Source of the DNA: Candidatus Heimdallarchaeota archaeon
Lineage (GTDB): Archaea; Asgardarchaeota; Heimdallarchaeia; Heimdallarchaeales; Heimdallarchaeaceae
Reading direction: 5' to 3'
DNA: 46,337 bases
NCBI GenBank assembly: GCA_019057375.1
Contig: DXJF01000069.1
Coordinates: 1-46,337 of the forward strand
Translations under genes and position numbers: made by a program
The notes under the pieces: model-generated
The model's database searches: none
What the model saw: only the letters and a program-made list of their open reading frames with translations
Told to the model about the DNA's origin: nothing
Shown here: positions 7,607 through 17,380 of the stretch, piece by piece
Numbering within the stretch: the stretch's first letter is position 1
How the letters are laid out: every line of letters begins with the position of its first letter

Positions 7607-9268
7607 ATGGTAAGGTTTTTTAGGTCGAGTTTTGAATTGTGGTTGATGGCTATCCAAGATAGAGATAAACAGAAGTCAGCATTGAAAAAAACTCTTCAAA
7701 AATTTACAGAGTTATTGCCTTCTGTTAAACCTGAAGTACCTCCTGCTGAAAAAGCGTTAGTTATTATTGATGGTACTGCTAAATCAAAAGCAGCTGTTCT
7801 GTGTGCAGGGGAGCTAAATAGACATTTTGGAACAAAAATCGATGTTGTTTGTTTCTATACAGAACAACCTCCAACAACTTCAGAGACAACTAAAGAAAGC
7901 TATGAAGCCTCTCTAGCTTTCGCATATGAACATCTTCGTAGTGAGGATTTTGAAATTAAAGGAGAAGTTGTTGAAAACTTGGAAAATCTTAGGTCTATTC
8001 TGGACAATGTTCTTCTGACAACAGAATATGATCTTATTATTGTACCTTCCTCATTTATAGGCTTGGAGGAAAAGCAGATAACTGAAGATGAAGATGAAGA
8101 TACAGAAGCCAGTATTACAGTTTTAGGAAGTTTATTTGATCATCTTCTAGAAGATATCGAAGAGATCCCTGTTCTTTTAGTAGAGAGTGAAAGGATAAAT
8201 CTCGACTTACTATTCAAAAATATTGGTTTATTTTTCAGCAATACTACACAATTACCTTATATGTTTGAAAAAGCTCTAAAATATAGTTTAAAGAAATCGG
8301 ATATACATTGTTTGATTAATATTGATCCAAGTTATCATGAAAGTAAAAGTAAAGAGGAATTAGAAGCTCTTGTAAAGAAATCAAAAGAAGATTTAGAAAG
8401 GTTTGAAAGAGCAAATTCAGAAGTCTTTCGTGAAGCATCAAGATTCGTCGATACACACATAATGTCAACAGACAGTGTAGAAGTTTTTAAACAGGAACTC
8501 TCAAGGTTCGGCAAGGATACGGGTATTCTTATGATTTATATGCCCACTACACATTCTAGCCTCTATGGTTTTTTCACAGATTTGCTTGAAGATCCAGATA
8601 TAGCATTTCCAATTTTAATTGCAAAAGGAAAAATAGTAGTTGAAAAAGAAGAACCAAAGGAAGAAGAAGAAGAAGAACAGGAAGAACAAGAAGAAGTGGA
8701 GGAAGTAAAGGAAGTTAAGGGAGAAGAGGAAGAGAAGATTGTCCTGGATGAATCCTTAAAAAACTCAATCAAAGAGAAAGTGAAGAAGGATATTTTAGGG
8801 ATTACTGATAAAGAAGAGTCAGAGGAAGAGGGAGTAAAAAAGATTCCTGAGATTAAAGAAGATATGCATGTTGAAGAAAAGGAGGAAGAGGATATGACTG
8901 AGATGGACGAAATCAAAGAAGAAGTAAAGGAAGAAGTAATTGAAGAGATAAAGAAAGAAGTCGTTAAAGAGGTTAAAGATGAACCTAAAAAAGAAATAAA
9001 GAAAGAAGTATCTAAAGAGCTCAAAAAAGAAGAAAGTATTGAAGAGCTGAAAGAAACGATTATTGAAGAAATCAAAGAAGAGATCAAAGAGGAAATCAAG
9101 TATGAATTAAGAAAGGATCTCAAGGAACCTAAAAAAGAATTGAAAGAAAAAGTCATTGAAGAAATAAAAGAAATGAAAATTCCTGAAGAGGAAGAAGTTG
9201 AGGAAGAAATTTCTGAAGAGGAAGTAGAAGAGGAAAACGCGGTAGCTTCCAGAACTGACTTTGAATAA
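7607..9268 (+). CDS. Tandem universal-stress-protein (USP)-like domains with ~210-aa Glu/Lys-rich tail
   Basis: KALVIIDGTAKSKAAV..A.EL...G.KI.VV; DLIIVP...GSLFDHLLE..EIPVLLV; a second degenerate USP ending in PILIAK; then (E/K/I/V)-rich repeats. Start may be ATG 7646. Confidence 0.65.
   Translation: MVRFFRSSFELWLMAIQDRDKQKSALKKTLQKFTELLPSVKPEVPPAEKALVIIDGTAKSKAAVLCAGELNRHFGTKIDVVCFYTEQPPTTSETTKESYEASLAFAYEHLRSEDFEIKGEVVENLENLRSILDNVLLTTEYDLIIVPSSFIGLEEKQITEDEDEDTEASITVLGSLFDHLLEDIEEIPVLLVESERINLDLLFKNIGLFFSNTTQLPYMFEKALKYSLKKSDIHCLINIDPSYHESKSKEELEALVKKSKEDLERFERANSEVFREASRFVDTHIMSTDSVEVFKQELSRFGKDTGILMIYMPTTHSSLYGFFTDLLEDPDIAFPILIAKGKIVVEKEEPKEEEEEEQEEQEEVEEVKEVKGEEEEKIVLDESLKNSIKEKVKKDILGITDKEESEEEGVKKIPEIKEDMHVEEKEEEDMTEMDEIKEEVKEEVIEEIKKEVVKEVKDEPKKEIKKEVSKELKKEESIEELKETIIEEIKEEIKEEIKYELRKDLKEPKKELKEKVIEEIKEMKIPEEEEVEEEISEEEVEEENAVASRTDFE
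9065..9100 (+). repeat. 12-bp tandem repeat x3 encoding (EEIK)3 within the E/K-rich tail
   Basis: gaagaaatcaaa gaagagatcaaa gaggaaatcaag. Confidence 0.7.
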
Positions 9269-9356
9269 AATAGAATAAATATAACCGTTTGATTATCAAA
9301 ATCAAACATGATCAAAACCAAGCAAATCTTGGTTTAAAGTGAAAGATTGTGATTAA

Positions 9357-10868
9357 TTGGCAAGTGTTCTAGATAATTATGGATGGGTTGTAACTATCAT
9401 AATCGTAATTATTGTTCTTGCCACAATTCTATTACTGATGAAGGAAGGGGTTGATGCAACTAAAATTACAGTAACAGGTGCAGTTGTTGTTGCATTGATT
9501 TACATGTTCTTTATGAACTGGTCATTAGGATTTGAAGAAAACCTTAGCTTTGAACATGTACCGCACAATTTTCTAGAAGCTTTAGCTCAAACAATTAATG
9601 TAGAAGCGATTCTGATTATTTTCTCAGTTAGTATTATTGTAGCTCTTACTCGTGGAGCAGGGTTCTTCGATTTCATCTCTCTTTCTATTGTTAAATTAAC
9701 CAAAGGAGATCCTAGAAAATTAATGATAGCATTAGGGGGATTAACTTTCTTTGTTTCAATGTTTTTTGATAACCTTTCAGCAATTATTCTGTTAGGTTCC
9801 TTAACGGTAGTTATCTGTAGGCAACTAGAATTGAGATTAAGACCCTTTGTTCTCTTTGTAGGAATTAACACCATAATTGGAGGACTTCCCACTCCTGTTT
9901 CTTCACTCCCCAATATTATCTTCTATAACTTACTTAAACCAGGAACATTAACTAAAAATATTAGTTTCATTTCTTTTATGGGCTATATGCTCCCAATAGC
10001 TATTTTCTTTTTTGGGATTGCAACTGCTTTCTTCTTCTTTATCTATAGGAAAGATATAATGATTGAAGTATCTGATGAGAAAAAAGAACAACTGGGAAGA
10101 ATCAACCCATGGTCAGGTATCGAAAATAGAATGAACATCTGGAAATCTATTATCCTCTTAGGGATTCTATTTGCTGGTTTCTTATTAACAAGTATTAAAA
10201 TCGAGGGAACTTTAATTGGTGTTGCTCTAACTCAAGTAAAAGAAGTACCTATAATTCAAAATGCGTCAGATGGTTTTACCAAAACAATATTCCAATTTCC
10301 AGATGTAGCATTTGTTGCACTAATTGTTTCTGTAATAGGTGTTTTTATGTTTAGAGCAGATTTGAAGCAATATATTGAGGAAGGAGTTGAATGGGAAATG
10401 ATAGTTTTCTTCATAGCACTTTTTGTTTTAATGGGTGTTTTAACTGCATCTGGTGCATTATCACCTCTTACCAAAATAATGACGAATTTCTTGACAACGG
10501 ATCCTTCAACGGGGAAAATTGCTATAGGTGGTCAAATGATTGTTGCTGTAATAATCGGTGTTGTAGGTTTACCAATTACGGGTTTTCTAAATGGCTCTTC
10601 AGCTGCGTTGATTTTTTCATATATTTTCCAGACCCTACCTCAAGGTATTGTACCAGGTTTATGGATAGGGTTTGTCTTAGGAGGGAATATTGGTGGTTCT
10701 CTTTCACCTTTAGGTTCAATTACTATTCTCATGGCACTTGAAATACTCAATCGCGAAGGGGATAGAATTTCTTTCCTACAGTATATGGTAAAAATGCTCC
10801 CTCTCACTCTGTTTTTTGCTGTTCTAAGCATTGGATATTCAATGTTATTGATAGGAATTGGAATGTAG
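9357..10868 (+). CDS. ArsB/NhaD/SLC13 (IT superfamily, P-protein-like) permease
   Basis: About 12 TM; FDNLSAIILL, NTIIGGLPTPVSSLPNII, EWEMIVFF.ALFVL.G.L and GGNIGGSLSPLGS..I motifs. Confidence 0.85.
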   Translation: MASVLDNYGWVVTIIIVIIVLATILLLMKEGVDATKITVTGAVVVALIYMFFMNWSLGFEENLSFEHVPHNFLEALAQTINVEAILIIFSVSIIVALTRGAGFFDFISLSIVKLTKGDPRKLMIALGGLTFFVSMFFDNLSAIILLGSLTVVICRQLELRLRPFVLFVGINTIIGGLPTPVSSLPNIIFYNLLKPGTLTKNISFISFMGYMLPIAIFFFGIATAFFFFIYRKDIMIEVSDEKKEQLGRINPWSGIENRMNIWKSIILLGILFAGFLLTSIKIEGTLIGVALTQVKEVPIIQNASDGFTKTIFQFPDVAFVALIVSVIGVFMFRADLKQYIEEGVEWEMIVFFIALFVLMGVLTASGALSPLTKIMTNFLTTDPSTGKIAIGGQMIVAVIIGVVGLPITGFLNGSSAALIFSYIFQTLPQGIVPGLWIGFVLGGNIGGSLSPLGSITILMALEILNREGDRISFLQYMVKMLPLTLFFAVLSIGYSMLLIGIGM

Positions 10869-10870
10869 TA

Positions 10871-11920
10871 TTAGCTTTTCTCTTGCCAAGTTCTACCTGC
10901 CCAATGAGTCATACCATGAGGAGATCCATCTGGTTTTACACCTTTTTCTAGTTCCTCTTTAGTTAACCATTTTAATGAAGGATGTTCAGTGTTGTATAAG
11001 ACATTGTATGCTTTAGGGAGAATAGTAGCTATTACATGTTTACTAATATCTTGAGGTTCCCAAATCTCTCCATCATGTTCCATTGCAATAGGTTTTTCTA
11101 ATTTTACTTCTATTTTTTTAGCCTGTGTATAAATGGTATTTTTCATATATTTGTGGTCGCCTTTGTGAATTTTCTTGATACCAATAAGTGTCTGGAATTT
11201 AGACATGTTTTCTGTAATAAACACGTCAAAGAAATCATTTTGTGGGTGCCCATCAACGCACACTAGCATTCCGCCACCTAAGGCTTTGAAACCAATAGCT
11301 AGAAGCATTAGACGAAAATCGATAGGATCACCATCGTCCAATATAACTACTCCAGGTATTTGTTTAACAGAAACTAGCTTCTTGATTGCTAGAAGCGTAT
11401 ATTTGAATGGACCTTTCATCCAACTCATTTCTCCTCTGGCATTAGCAATATTAACTAATGAAGAAATTCCAAAATCAAGGCAATTTCCAAAATAACTTGA
11501 TCCACCTGTATCTGGTTGTTCTATTTTACCTGCAGAAGCAGGGGAGACTTCTGTTTTATTTAAGAGCGTGTTAATTGCATTTTCAGGATTCCATGGTAGC
11601 CCTAAGAATGTGCTGTAATCATTTCCTGTTCCAAATGGAAGTACTCCAAACGCTACAGCTTTTCGTTTTGCTTCTGATAGCTGCATCAGTCCATTTACAG
11701 CTTCATTGACAACTCCATCGCCACTTGCCACTATAATTCTATTAAAACCTCCATTAACTGCTTTTTTGACCCTCTCCATACCCTCTTTTGGTGCAGCTGT
11801 GAATTCAACATCATAATCTATACCACTTTTTGCTACAATAGGTTCAGCTTTTTCCCACCTTTTAACACAAAGAGTTGAACCAGCATTTGGGTTAATTATA
11901 AATTTCCATTTTAAAGCCAT
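10871..11920 (-). CDS. Diacylglycerol kinase family lipid kinase (YegS/DagK-like)
   Basis: IINPNAG, (S)GDGVVNEAVNG, LPFGTGND, F.N...G, ALGGG, EHDGE motifs. Confidence 0.85.
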   Translation of the reverse strand: MALKWKFIINPNAGSTLCVKRWEKAEPIVAKSGIDYDVEFTAAPKEGMERVKKAVNGGFNRIIVASGDGVVNEAVNGLMQLSEAKRKAVAFGVLPFGTGNDYSTFLGLPWNPENAINTLLNKTEVSPASAGKIEQPDTGGSSYFGNCLDFGISSLVNIANARGEMSWMKGPFKYTLLAIKKLVSVKQIPGVVILDDGDPIDFRLMLLAIGFKALGGGMLVCVDGHPQNDFFDVFITENMSKFQTLIGIKKIHKGDHKYMKNTIYTQAKKIEVKLEKPIAMEHDGEIWEPQDISKHVIATILPKAYNVLYNTEHPSLKWLTKEELEKGVKPDGSPHGMTHWAGRTWQEKS

Positions 11921-12037
11921 AAGAGCTACTTATTTTGAAGTTACATAAAAAGTCTTTAGTGTTATATCATCAAATAACATTGTTTAAGCTAATTTTGTAA
12001 GATTGGAATAATTATATATCTCAAAAGCCAACTTTAT

Positions 12038-13467
12038 TTGGGAACTAAGATGCTTTCAAAGTATGACATCATCATATTGGGAGGAGGTACAACTGGATTG
12101 GTTACTTCAAAATATGCTGTTTTATTAGGTGCGAAAACACTCTTAATAGAAGCAGATAGAATTGGGGGAGATTGTACATGGACTGGCTGTATACCAAGCA
12201 AATCATTAGTATTTGCTTCCTCTCTAGTTAAAAAAACTTCAGAAACAGTTGATTTAGGATTTATTGACGCTGATTATGAGGTTAAATTTAATGCTGTCAA
12301 GGACTATATCAAAAAAACAGTAAATGACATCTATGAGGAAGAAAAACCAGAAGTTCTTCAAAAAGAAGGAATTGATGTATTAATTGGTGAAGCTCGTTTT
12401 GTTTCATCAAAGGAAGTTGAAGTAGATGATCAGAGATTTAAAGCTAAAAAATTCATTATTGCTTCAGGAGCAAAACCAATAATTCCAAGTAAGAATATTG
12501 AAGGATTAGATGATGTACCATATCTTACTTCTGATTCTATTTTTGGAATTCCTGAACTTCCTAAACATTTGCTTGTTTTAGGTGCAGGACCTATAGGTTG
12601 TGAGCTTAGTCAAGCATTCAAGAGATTAGGCTCAAAAGTTACTTTAATAGATATGAAGAAAAATATTTTACCTCGTGAACATAAGAAAGTTAGTTCTGAG
12701 TTAGAATTAATTCTAAAAGGTGAGGGTATTCGATTGGCTTTGGGAGATCCTGTGAAAAAGGTTAAAAAAAATGCTAAAGGTGCAGTAGAAGTTTATACAA
12801 AAACAGGAAATAAGTTGATTGGTTCAGATTTACTTATTGCTGTCGGCAGAGAACCTGCAATTGATAAATCAAGTCTGGAGAAAGCTGGAGTTAAGGTTTC
12901 TAATAATGAAATCATTTTAGACAAATATCTAAGAAACACATTTATGCAGCAGGAGATTGCGTAACCCAATACAAATTCACTCACATTGCAGGATATCAAG
13001 GTTACATAGCTGTTCGTAATGCCTTGCTACCCTTTAAAAGCAAAGGAATGCCTAAATATATCTCTTGGACAACCTTTACTGACCCAGAAGTTGCATTTGC
13101 GGGAGAAACTAACAAAATTAACTCAATTGTCAGAGATGAGTTTGAGAAGCACACTTTACTTAACAATCAAATTGATAGAGCTATAACTGATAACCAAGTA
13201 GAAGGATTTATTCAGATATATTCTTCAACAAAAGGGAAAATTACTGGAGCATCTATTGTCTCTTCTAGAGCTGGTGAATTGATAAATGAGTTTTTACTTG
13301 CTATGTTAAGTAAGACCAGTATTTCAAAAATAGCTACGATGGTTCATTCTTATCCGACATATTCAATGGGAAACATGCAACTAGCAGGAAATGTTGTGGA
13401 AAAAAATATTTTTCAAAGTTATCTAGGTAGATTCTTAAAGAAACTTTCAAGAATTTATAGATTATAG
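12038..13467 (+). pseudogene. FAD-dependent pyridine nucleotide-disulfide oxidoreductase (MerA/E3-like), frameshifted near 12934
   Basis: ORF1 has G.G..G, redox-active GGDCTWTGCIPSK and GAGPIGCE. After YLR the conserved KHIYAAGDC..FTH.A..QG..A..N continues in the -1 frame into ORF 13024..13467 (FTDPEVA, GELI, HSYPT). Confidence 0.8.
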
Positions 13468-13478
13468 AAATAAGTAAA

Positions 13479-13739
13479 TTATTCTAAAGGCCATTTTTTC
13501 TCAACTAGAGGGGATTCACACTTCCTACAGACATTTTGCTTAAATTGAGAATAACCGAATTTGTCAATTCCGTTTTCAACTTTTGTCGCTTGAGTACAGA
13601 TAAAATCAAAATTGCAGTTTGGGCAATGAAAATATGTGTTAGGTGTGCTTATCATAGGTGAAATCATCTGTCGAGGGCATGTAGACCCCTTTATTGCTTT
13701 TGAACAGTCACATACTAGATGATTTCCTAAGATAGTCAT
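13479..13739 (-). CDS. Small Cys-rich protein (paralog of 28118..28441)
   Basis: From ATG 13739 it aligns without gaps to ORF 28118; 8 Cys and 2 His are shared. Confidence 0.75.
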   Translation of the reverse strand: MTILGNHLVCDCSKAIKGSTCPRQMISPMISTPNTYFHCPNCNFDFICTQATKVENGIDKFGYSQFKQNVCRKCESPLVEKKWPLE

Positions 13740-13813
13740 GGGTAAAAAACAAAAGAACACATTAAAAAATTTTGGATAGAGAGAGAGAAACAAAAAAAAA
13801 GAAACAAGAGTGA

Positions 13814-14281
13814 TTAAGGTAAATTGATAGGTATATCACCCAACTCTTGCATTAAGAAATTCAGAGGTATTCCAATATATATGGGTGTAGCTGAAATTTC
13901 AGCAATCAGTGCTATTGAATTTCCATCGGTGATATAAACTATTATATCCATCTCAAAGATAACCGTGAAATTAATTACCTGCGATGTTCCTAGTTTTACA
14001 GTTACCTGTAAAGGATCACCAAAGACCTCTGTCCCGTTCATTATAATTATATCAATTCTTGCTGATTTTGGTATGTACCCTAGTGTAGGAGTCGTAATAG
14101 TAGTTGTTACATCTACTGAACTATTATCAGGAGCTAAAGCAAAAACAGGAGTTGAATATGAGAAAGCTCCAGGATTGTCATTGAAAGTTTTCCAGCTCAA
14201 ATAGACGTCTACACCAATAACAACGCCCCCCGCTAAAATCAGTAAAAAGATTACCAGAAATACTTTTGTTCCAGTTCTCAT
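13814..14281 (-). CDS. Hypothetical protein with N-terminal membrane anchor and beta-rich domain
   Basis: MRTGTK followed by a hydrophobic helix; the remainder is beta-strand-like. Confidence 0.65.
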   Translation of the reverse strand: MRTGTKVFLVIFLLILAGGVVIGVDVYLSWKTFNDNPGAFSYSTPVFALAPDNSSVDVTTTITTPTLGYIPKSARIDIIIMNGTEVFGDPLQVTVKLGTSQVINFTVIFEMDIIVYITDGNSIALIAEISATPIYIGIPLNFLMQELGDIPINLP

Positions 14282-14401
14282 AACTGGTTATGGGCTTCTC
14301 AATATTATAAACGTTTGCAGATAACAAAAACTCAAGAAATGCATTCTGTTTTAGATGGTTAGCAACTAAATTTTATATAGTACTCAACTGACCTAGATTT
14401 T

Positions 14402-15277
14402 ATGACAAAAAATTTTGGTATCATTACTGACTCTGGCGCTGATTTCAGTTTAGAGTATCAGAAAAAGAATGAAATCATACTTATTCCAACCAGAATTATG
14501 GTTGATGACTTAGAATACATTGACCGTCAGAATATAACAAGAGAAGAAATCATTGAAAAGATGATTAACGATAAAGCCAAAACCTCAACATCTGTAGCTT
14601 CTCCTGCTGATTTTCATCAAATAATTTCTGATTCACTTAAGAAGTATGACAAAGTACTCTACATTGCAATAAGTGCTAAGATGTCTGCTACACTACAAAA
14701 TGCCATATTAACTGCAAAAAAGTTAAAAACTGATAATTTTATTGTTTTTGATACAGAAACAGTATCTTGGGGTATGACGCTATTACTTGATCATGCAGTA
14801 AGAAGAAAAAATCAAGGTATCTCTTTAAACAAAGTTATTGAAGAACTTGAACAAATGAAATCCAACCTTAAGATCTTCTTCATGGTAGATACACTAGAAT
14901 ACCTAAGAAGGGGGGGAAGAATAGGAGCAGCTAAAAGTCTTCTTGGAACATTAATTGGCGCCAAGCCTATATTAACTGTTATGGATGGAGAAATATCCGC
15001 ATCTGATACAGTCAAAAGCTTCGAAGCTGGAATGGCATATTTCAAGGATATAATAGAAGAGAAGAGCATAGAATTCGGGAATTATGTAATTACTATGATT
15101 TATGGTCTAGATACACCAGAATTCAAAGGATTTTCTGCAGAAATTGAAGAGCAATTTAAGCCTTTACTTTTCCATTACGCAGCTATTGGGGCAAACATTA
15201 TAAGTCATGCAGGGCCAAAATTGTTTGGATTTGGGATAATTAAGATTCCTGATGATGCTGTAGATACTTACAAATAA
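14402..15277 (+). CDS. DegV family fatty-acid-binding protein (FakB-like)
   Basis: IITDS.AD, STS..SP.DF, ISAKMSAT.QNA, FDT..VS.G, VDTLEYLRRGGRIG, L..KPIL...DG, SHAGP. Confidence 0.92.
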   Translation: MTKNFGIITDSGADFSLEYQKKNEIILIPTRIMVDDLEYIDRQNITREEIIEKMINDKAKTSTSVASPADFHQIISDSLKKYDKVLYIAISAKMSATLQNAILTAKKLKTDNFIVFDTETVSWGMTLLLDHAVRRKNQGISLNKVIEELEQMKSNLKIFFMVDTLEYLRRGGRIGAAKSLLGTLIGAKPILTVMDGEISASDTVKSFEAGMAYFKDIIEEKSIEFGNYVITMIYGLDTPEFKGFSAEIEEQFKPLLFHYAAIGANIISHAGPKLFGFGIIKIPDDAVDTYK

Positions 15278-15355
15278 ATGATTAAAATGATATTTGTAAC
15301 ATCAGCTAATTTTTTTAAAGAAATATTTTAAAAGTGTTTTTCTATCACATTCCTA

Positions 15356-16774
15356 ATGGATGGTTTAAAACCTCGATTTGCTTATTTCAAAAAGAAAATC
15401 CAAATGAATAAAAAAGAATTATTCTTCAGAATTTGTCTTATTCTGGTTTTATTTGCCATCTCCGCGATGATACAACATTTCGTATCAAGTTGGTTCCTAA
15501 GAATAAATGGTGGTTCTCTAGACTATTTTCATGAATCAGGTGTTTACTGGGAGGCTGTAAGCGATGTTAAAGAGTATTATGAGCCCTACCTTTTGGCATT
15601 TCGTGAGGGAAACTGGGATATTTATCAACCTGGACAAGAACTTCCATTAAAAGTATATTATTATGGTCCTTATTTTGTGTATTTCCTAACTTTTATTTCT
15701 CTCTTCGTAGATTTATTTACTAATGCATCTGAAGCTTTTGTTGTTGAACAAACTGTTAGGATAGCTCCTTTTCTGTTTGATGCTTTTTCTACCGTAATGA
15801 TATTTCTAATTATTGATGGAAAATTAAGTAAATCCGAAAAATCAAGGAAACGAACATGTATTGCCATCTGTGTTGCTTTATGCTATAATTTTATGCCTAT
15901 TGTTTTATTGTATAATGGGGTTCTAGGACTTAATTCATACATGTTTACTTCTTTAACCCTACTCTCGCTTTATTTCTTTGAAAAGAAAAAACCCATGGCA
16001 GCTGGATCTATATTGACTTTGTCCTTTCTCACTAAGCAGATGTCTCTTTTCTTTCTACCAATCTGGTTTCTAATTTTAGTTAGGAATGATATAGAAGAGA
16101 GTATAAAGTTTCTTATGGCATTTTTCTTATCATTTATACTCTTATCTCTTCCTTGGATTTTCAAACATCCCACTTATTACATTGGCGTTCTTCTAGGTCA
16201 AGGTTATTCAGGCATAACACATTTTTCAATTAGTCAGGAATATATACTATTTTCAACTACTCCTTTTCATACACTACTTTTCATAGGTGCTAACAAACTA
16301 GCTTATGCGTACTATATTCTTAACAAAATTTATATTCCTTTCATAGTTTTCTCTTTGATTTTTTATAGAATTGCATTAATCAAAGGAGATCATTTAATTG
16401 ATAATAGAAAATCATTTTTCACCTTTAATGCAATTTATATCATAGGTATACACATGTTCATTTCTCGTGGTGTTTACAAAAATTACTATACTTTTCTCAT
16501 TCCTTTTATTCTTATAGCAATAGCTGAATGGATCACAAATATCAAAAGAAACTGGATGAGTATTGTCCTTTTGATTTCAATGCTTTTTTGGTTAATTGGG
16601 GTAAATATTCTTATTATCTGGTTGTCAAAATATATTCATACGGTACTCTTAGCTTTATTGTGGGTTCCACTTTTCATCACTTATAACAAGGAAATGCATT
16701 TAGCGTTGTTTCTAATGGAAAATTATGAAAAAACAACAAAATACTTCAAGAGAATCTTACATATAATTAAATGA
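15356..16774 (+). CDS. GT-C superfamily polytopic membrane glycosyltransferase (GT87/PIG-M-like)
   Basis: TM1, then a luminal loop with a Y.YGP.F.Y motif, D...T..I, N.Y, and a L.KQ...F.LP motif across ~11 TM. Start may be ATG 15404. Confidence 0.6.
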   Translation: MDGLKPRFAYFKKKIQMNKKELFFRICLILVLFAISAMIQHFVSSWFLRINGGSLDYFHESGVYWEAVSDVKEYYEPYLLAFREGNWDIYQPGQELPLKVYYYGPYFVYFLTFISLFVDLFTNASEAFVVEQTVRIAPFLFDAFSTVMIFLIIDGKLSKSEKSRKRTCIAICVALCYNFMPIVLLYNGVLGLNSYMFTSLTLLSLYFFEKKKPMAAGSILTLSFLTKQMSLFFLPIWFLILVRNDIEESIKFLMAFFLSFILLSLPWIFKHPTYYIGVLLGQGYSGITHFSISQEYILFSTTPFHTLLFIGANKLAYAYYILNKIYIPFIVFSLIFYRIALIKGDHLIDNRKSFFTFNAIYIIGIHMFISRGVYKNYYTFLIPFILIAIAEWITNIKRNWMSIVLLISMLFWLIGVNILIIWLSKYIHTVLLALLWVPLFITYNKEMHLALFLMENYEKTTKYFKRILHIIK

Positions 16775-16831
16775 AAAGCTCTTTTTCTATTCTTAACAAA
16801 TTATATAATCTCATGAAATGTTGTCATATAC

Positions 16832-17371
16832 ATGAAGGAAAAACAGTTGAGTACAATAAATGAATCTACACTATCAATGTCAAGACTAAACAAGATTCTG
16901 AATATACTACTTGATGAAATCACACAAATGGAGGATTTCGAAAGAGATCAGCCTTTAACATGGAGTGTGAAGCATATGTTTTCATGTTCTCAAATATCTA
17001 AGCTAATTGCTGCATCTAGAAAATTGGATATAGAAATCGCAGGAATAGCTGGTGCTATTCATGATTTGTTTTTAATTCGTACAGGTATTTTTGATGACCA
17101 TGCTCCCAAAGGGGGACCTCTTGTGATAGATTTTTTAAATAAATTCAACCAAACATATGGAGAAGAATTTGGGCATCTTTCTGAAAAAGAAATAGAAATC
17201 ATTTATCAGGCTACAATTCTCCATACAGACAAAACAAATTACACAAAAGATGAAATTGTAGAATTAACAAAAGATGCAGATGCCTTAGACAGATTTCTTC
17301 ATGGAAATGACATACCAAAACATTATATTCCTCGTTATGAAGCTGCTTTGATAGATTTGAAACTTCTTTAA
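16832..17371 (+). CDS. HD-domain metal-dependent phosphohydrolase
   Basis: H...(C/V)..L..LIA, AG..HDL, DHA..G, H, KDADALD. Confidence 0.8.
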   Translation: MKEKQLSTINESTLSMSRLNKILNILLDEITQMEDFERDQPLTWSVKHMFSCSQISKLIAASRKLDIEIAGIAGAIHDLFLIRTGIFDDHAPKGGPLVIDFLNKFNQTYGEEFGHLSEKEIEIIYQATILHTDKTNYTKDEIVELTKDADALDRFLHGNDIPKHYIPRYEAALIDLKLL

Positions 17372-17380
17372 AATATTTTA

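Noticed and set aside
8563-9321. 252-aa Ser/Phe-rich ORF on the minus strand
   Set aside because: Antisense shadow of the GAA/AAA-rich tail of the USP protein. The same reasoning applies to other track ORFs antisense to or overlapping well-supported genes (e.g. 262, 1006, 4144, 5473, 7070, 9587, 11175, 20247, 27213, 34366, 38067, 41798).
12038-13467. Calling the split oxidoreductase mercuric reductase (merA), or a programmed -1 frameshift
   Set aside because: There is no C-terminal Cys-Cys pair or N-terminal HMA domain. About three expected residues are missing at the junction and there is no X XXY YYZ slippery heptamer, which favours a deletion.
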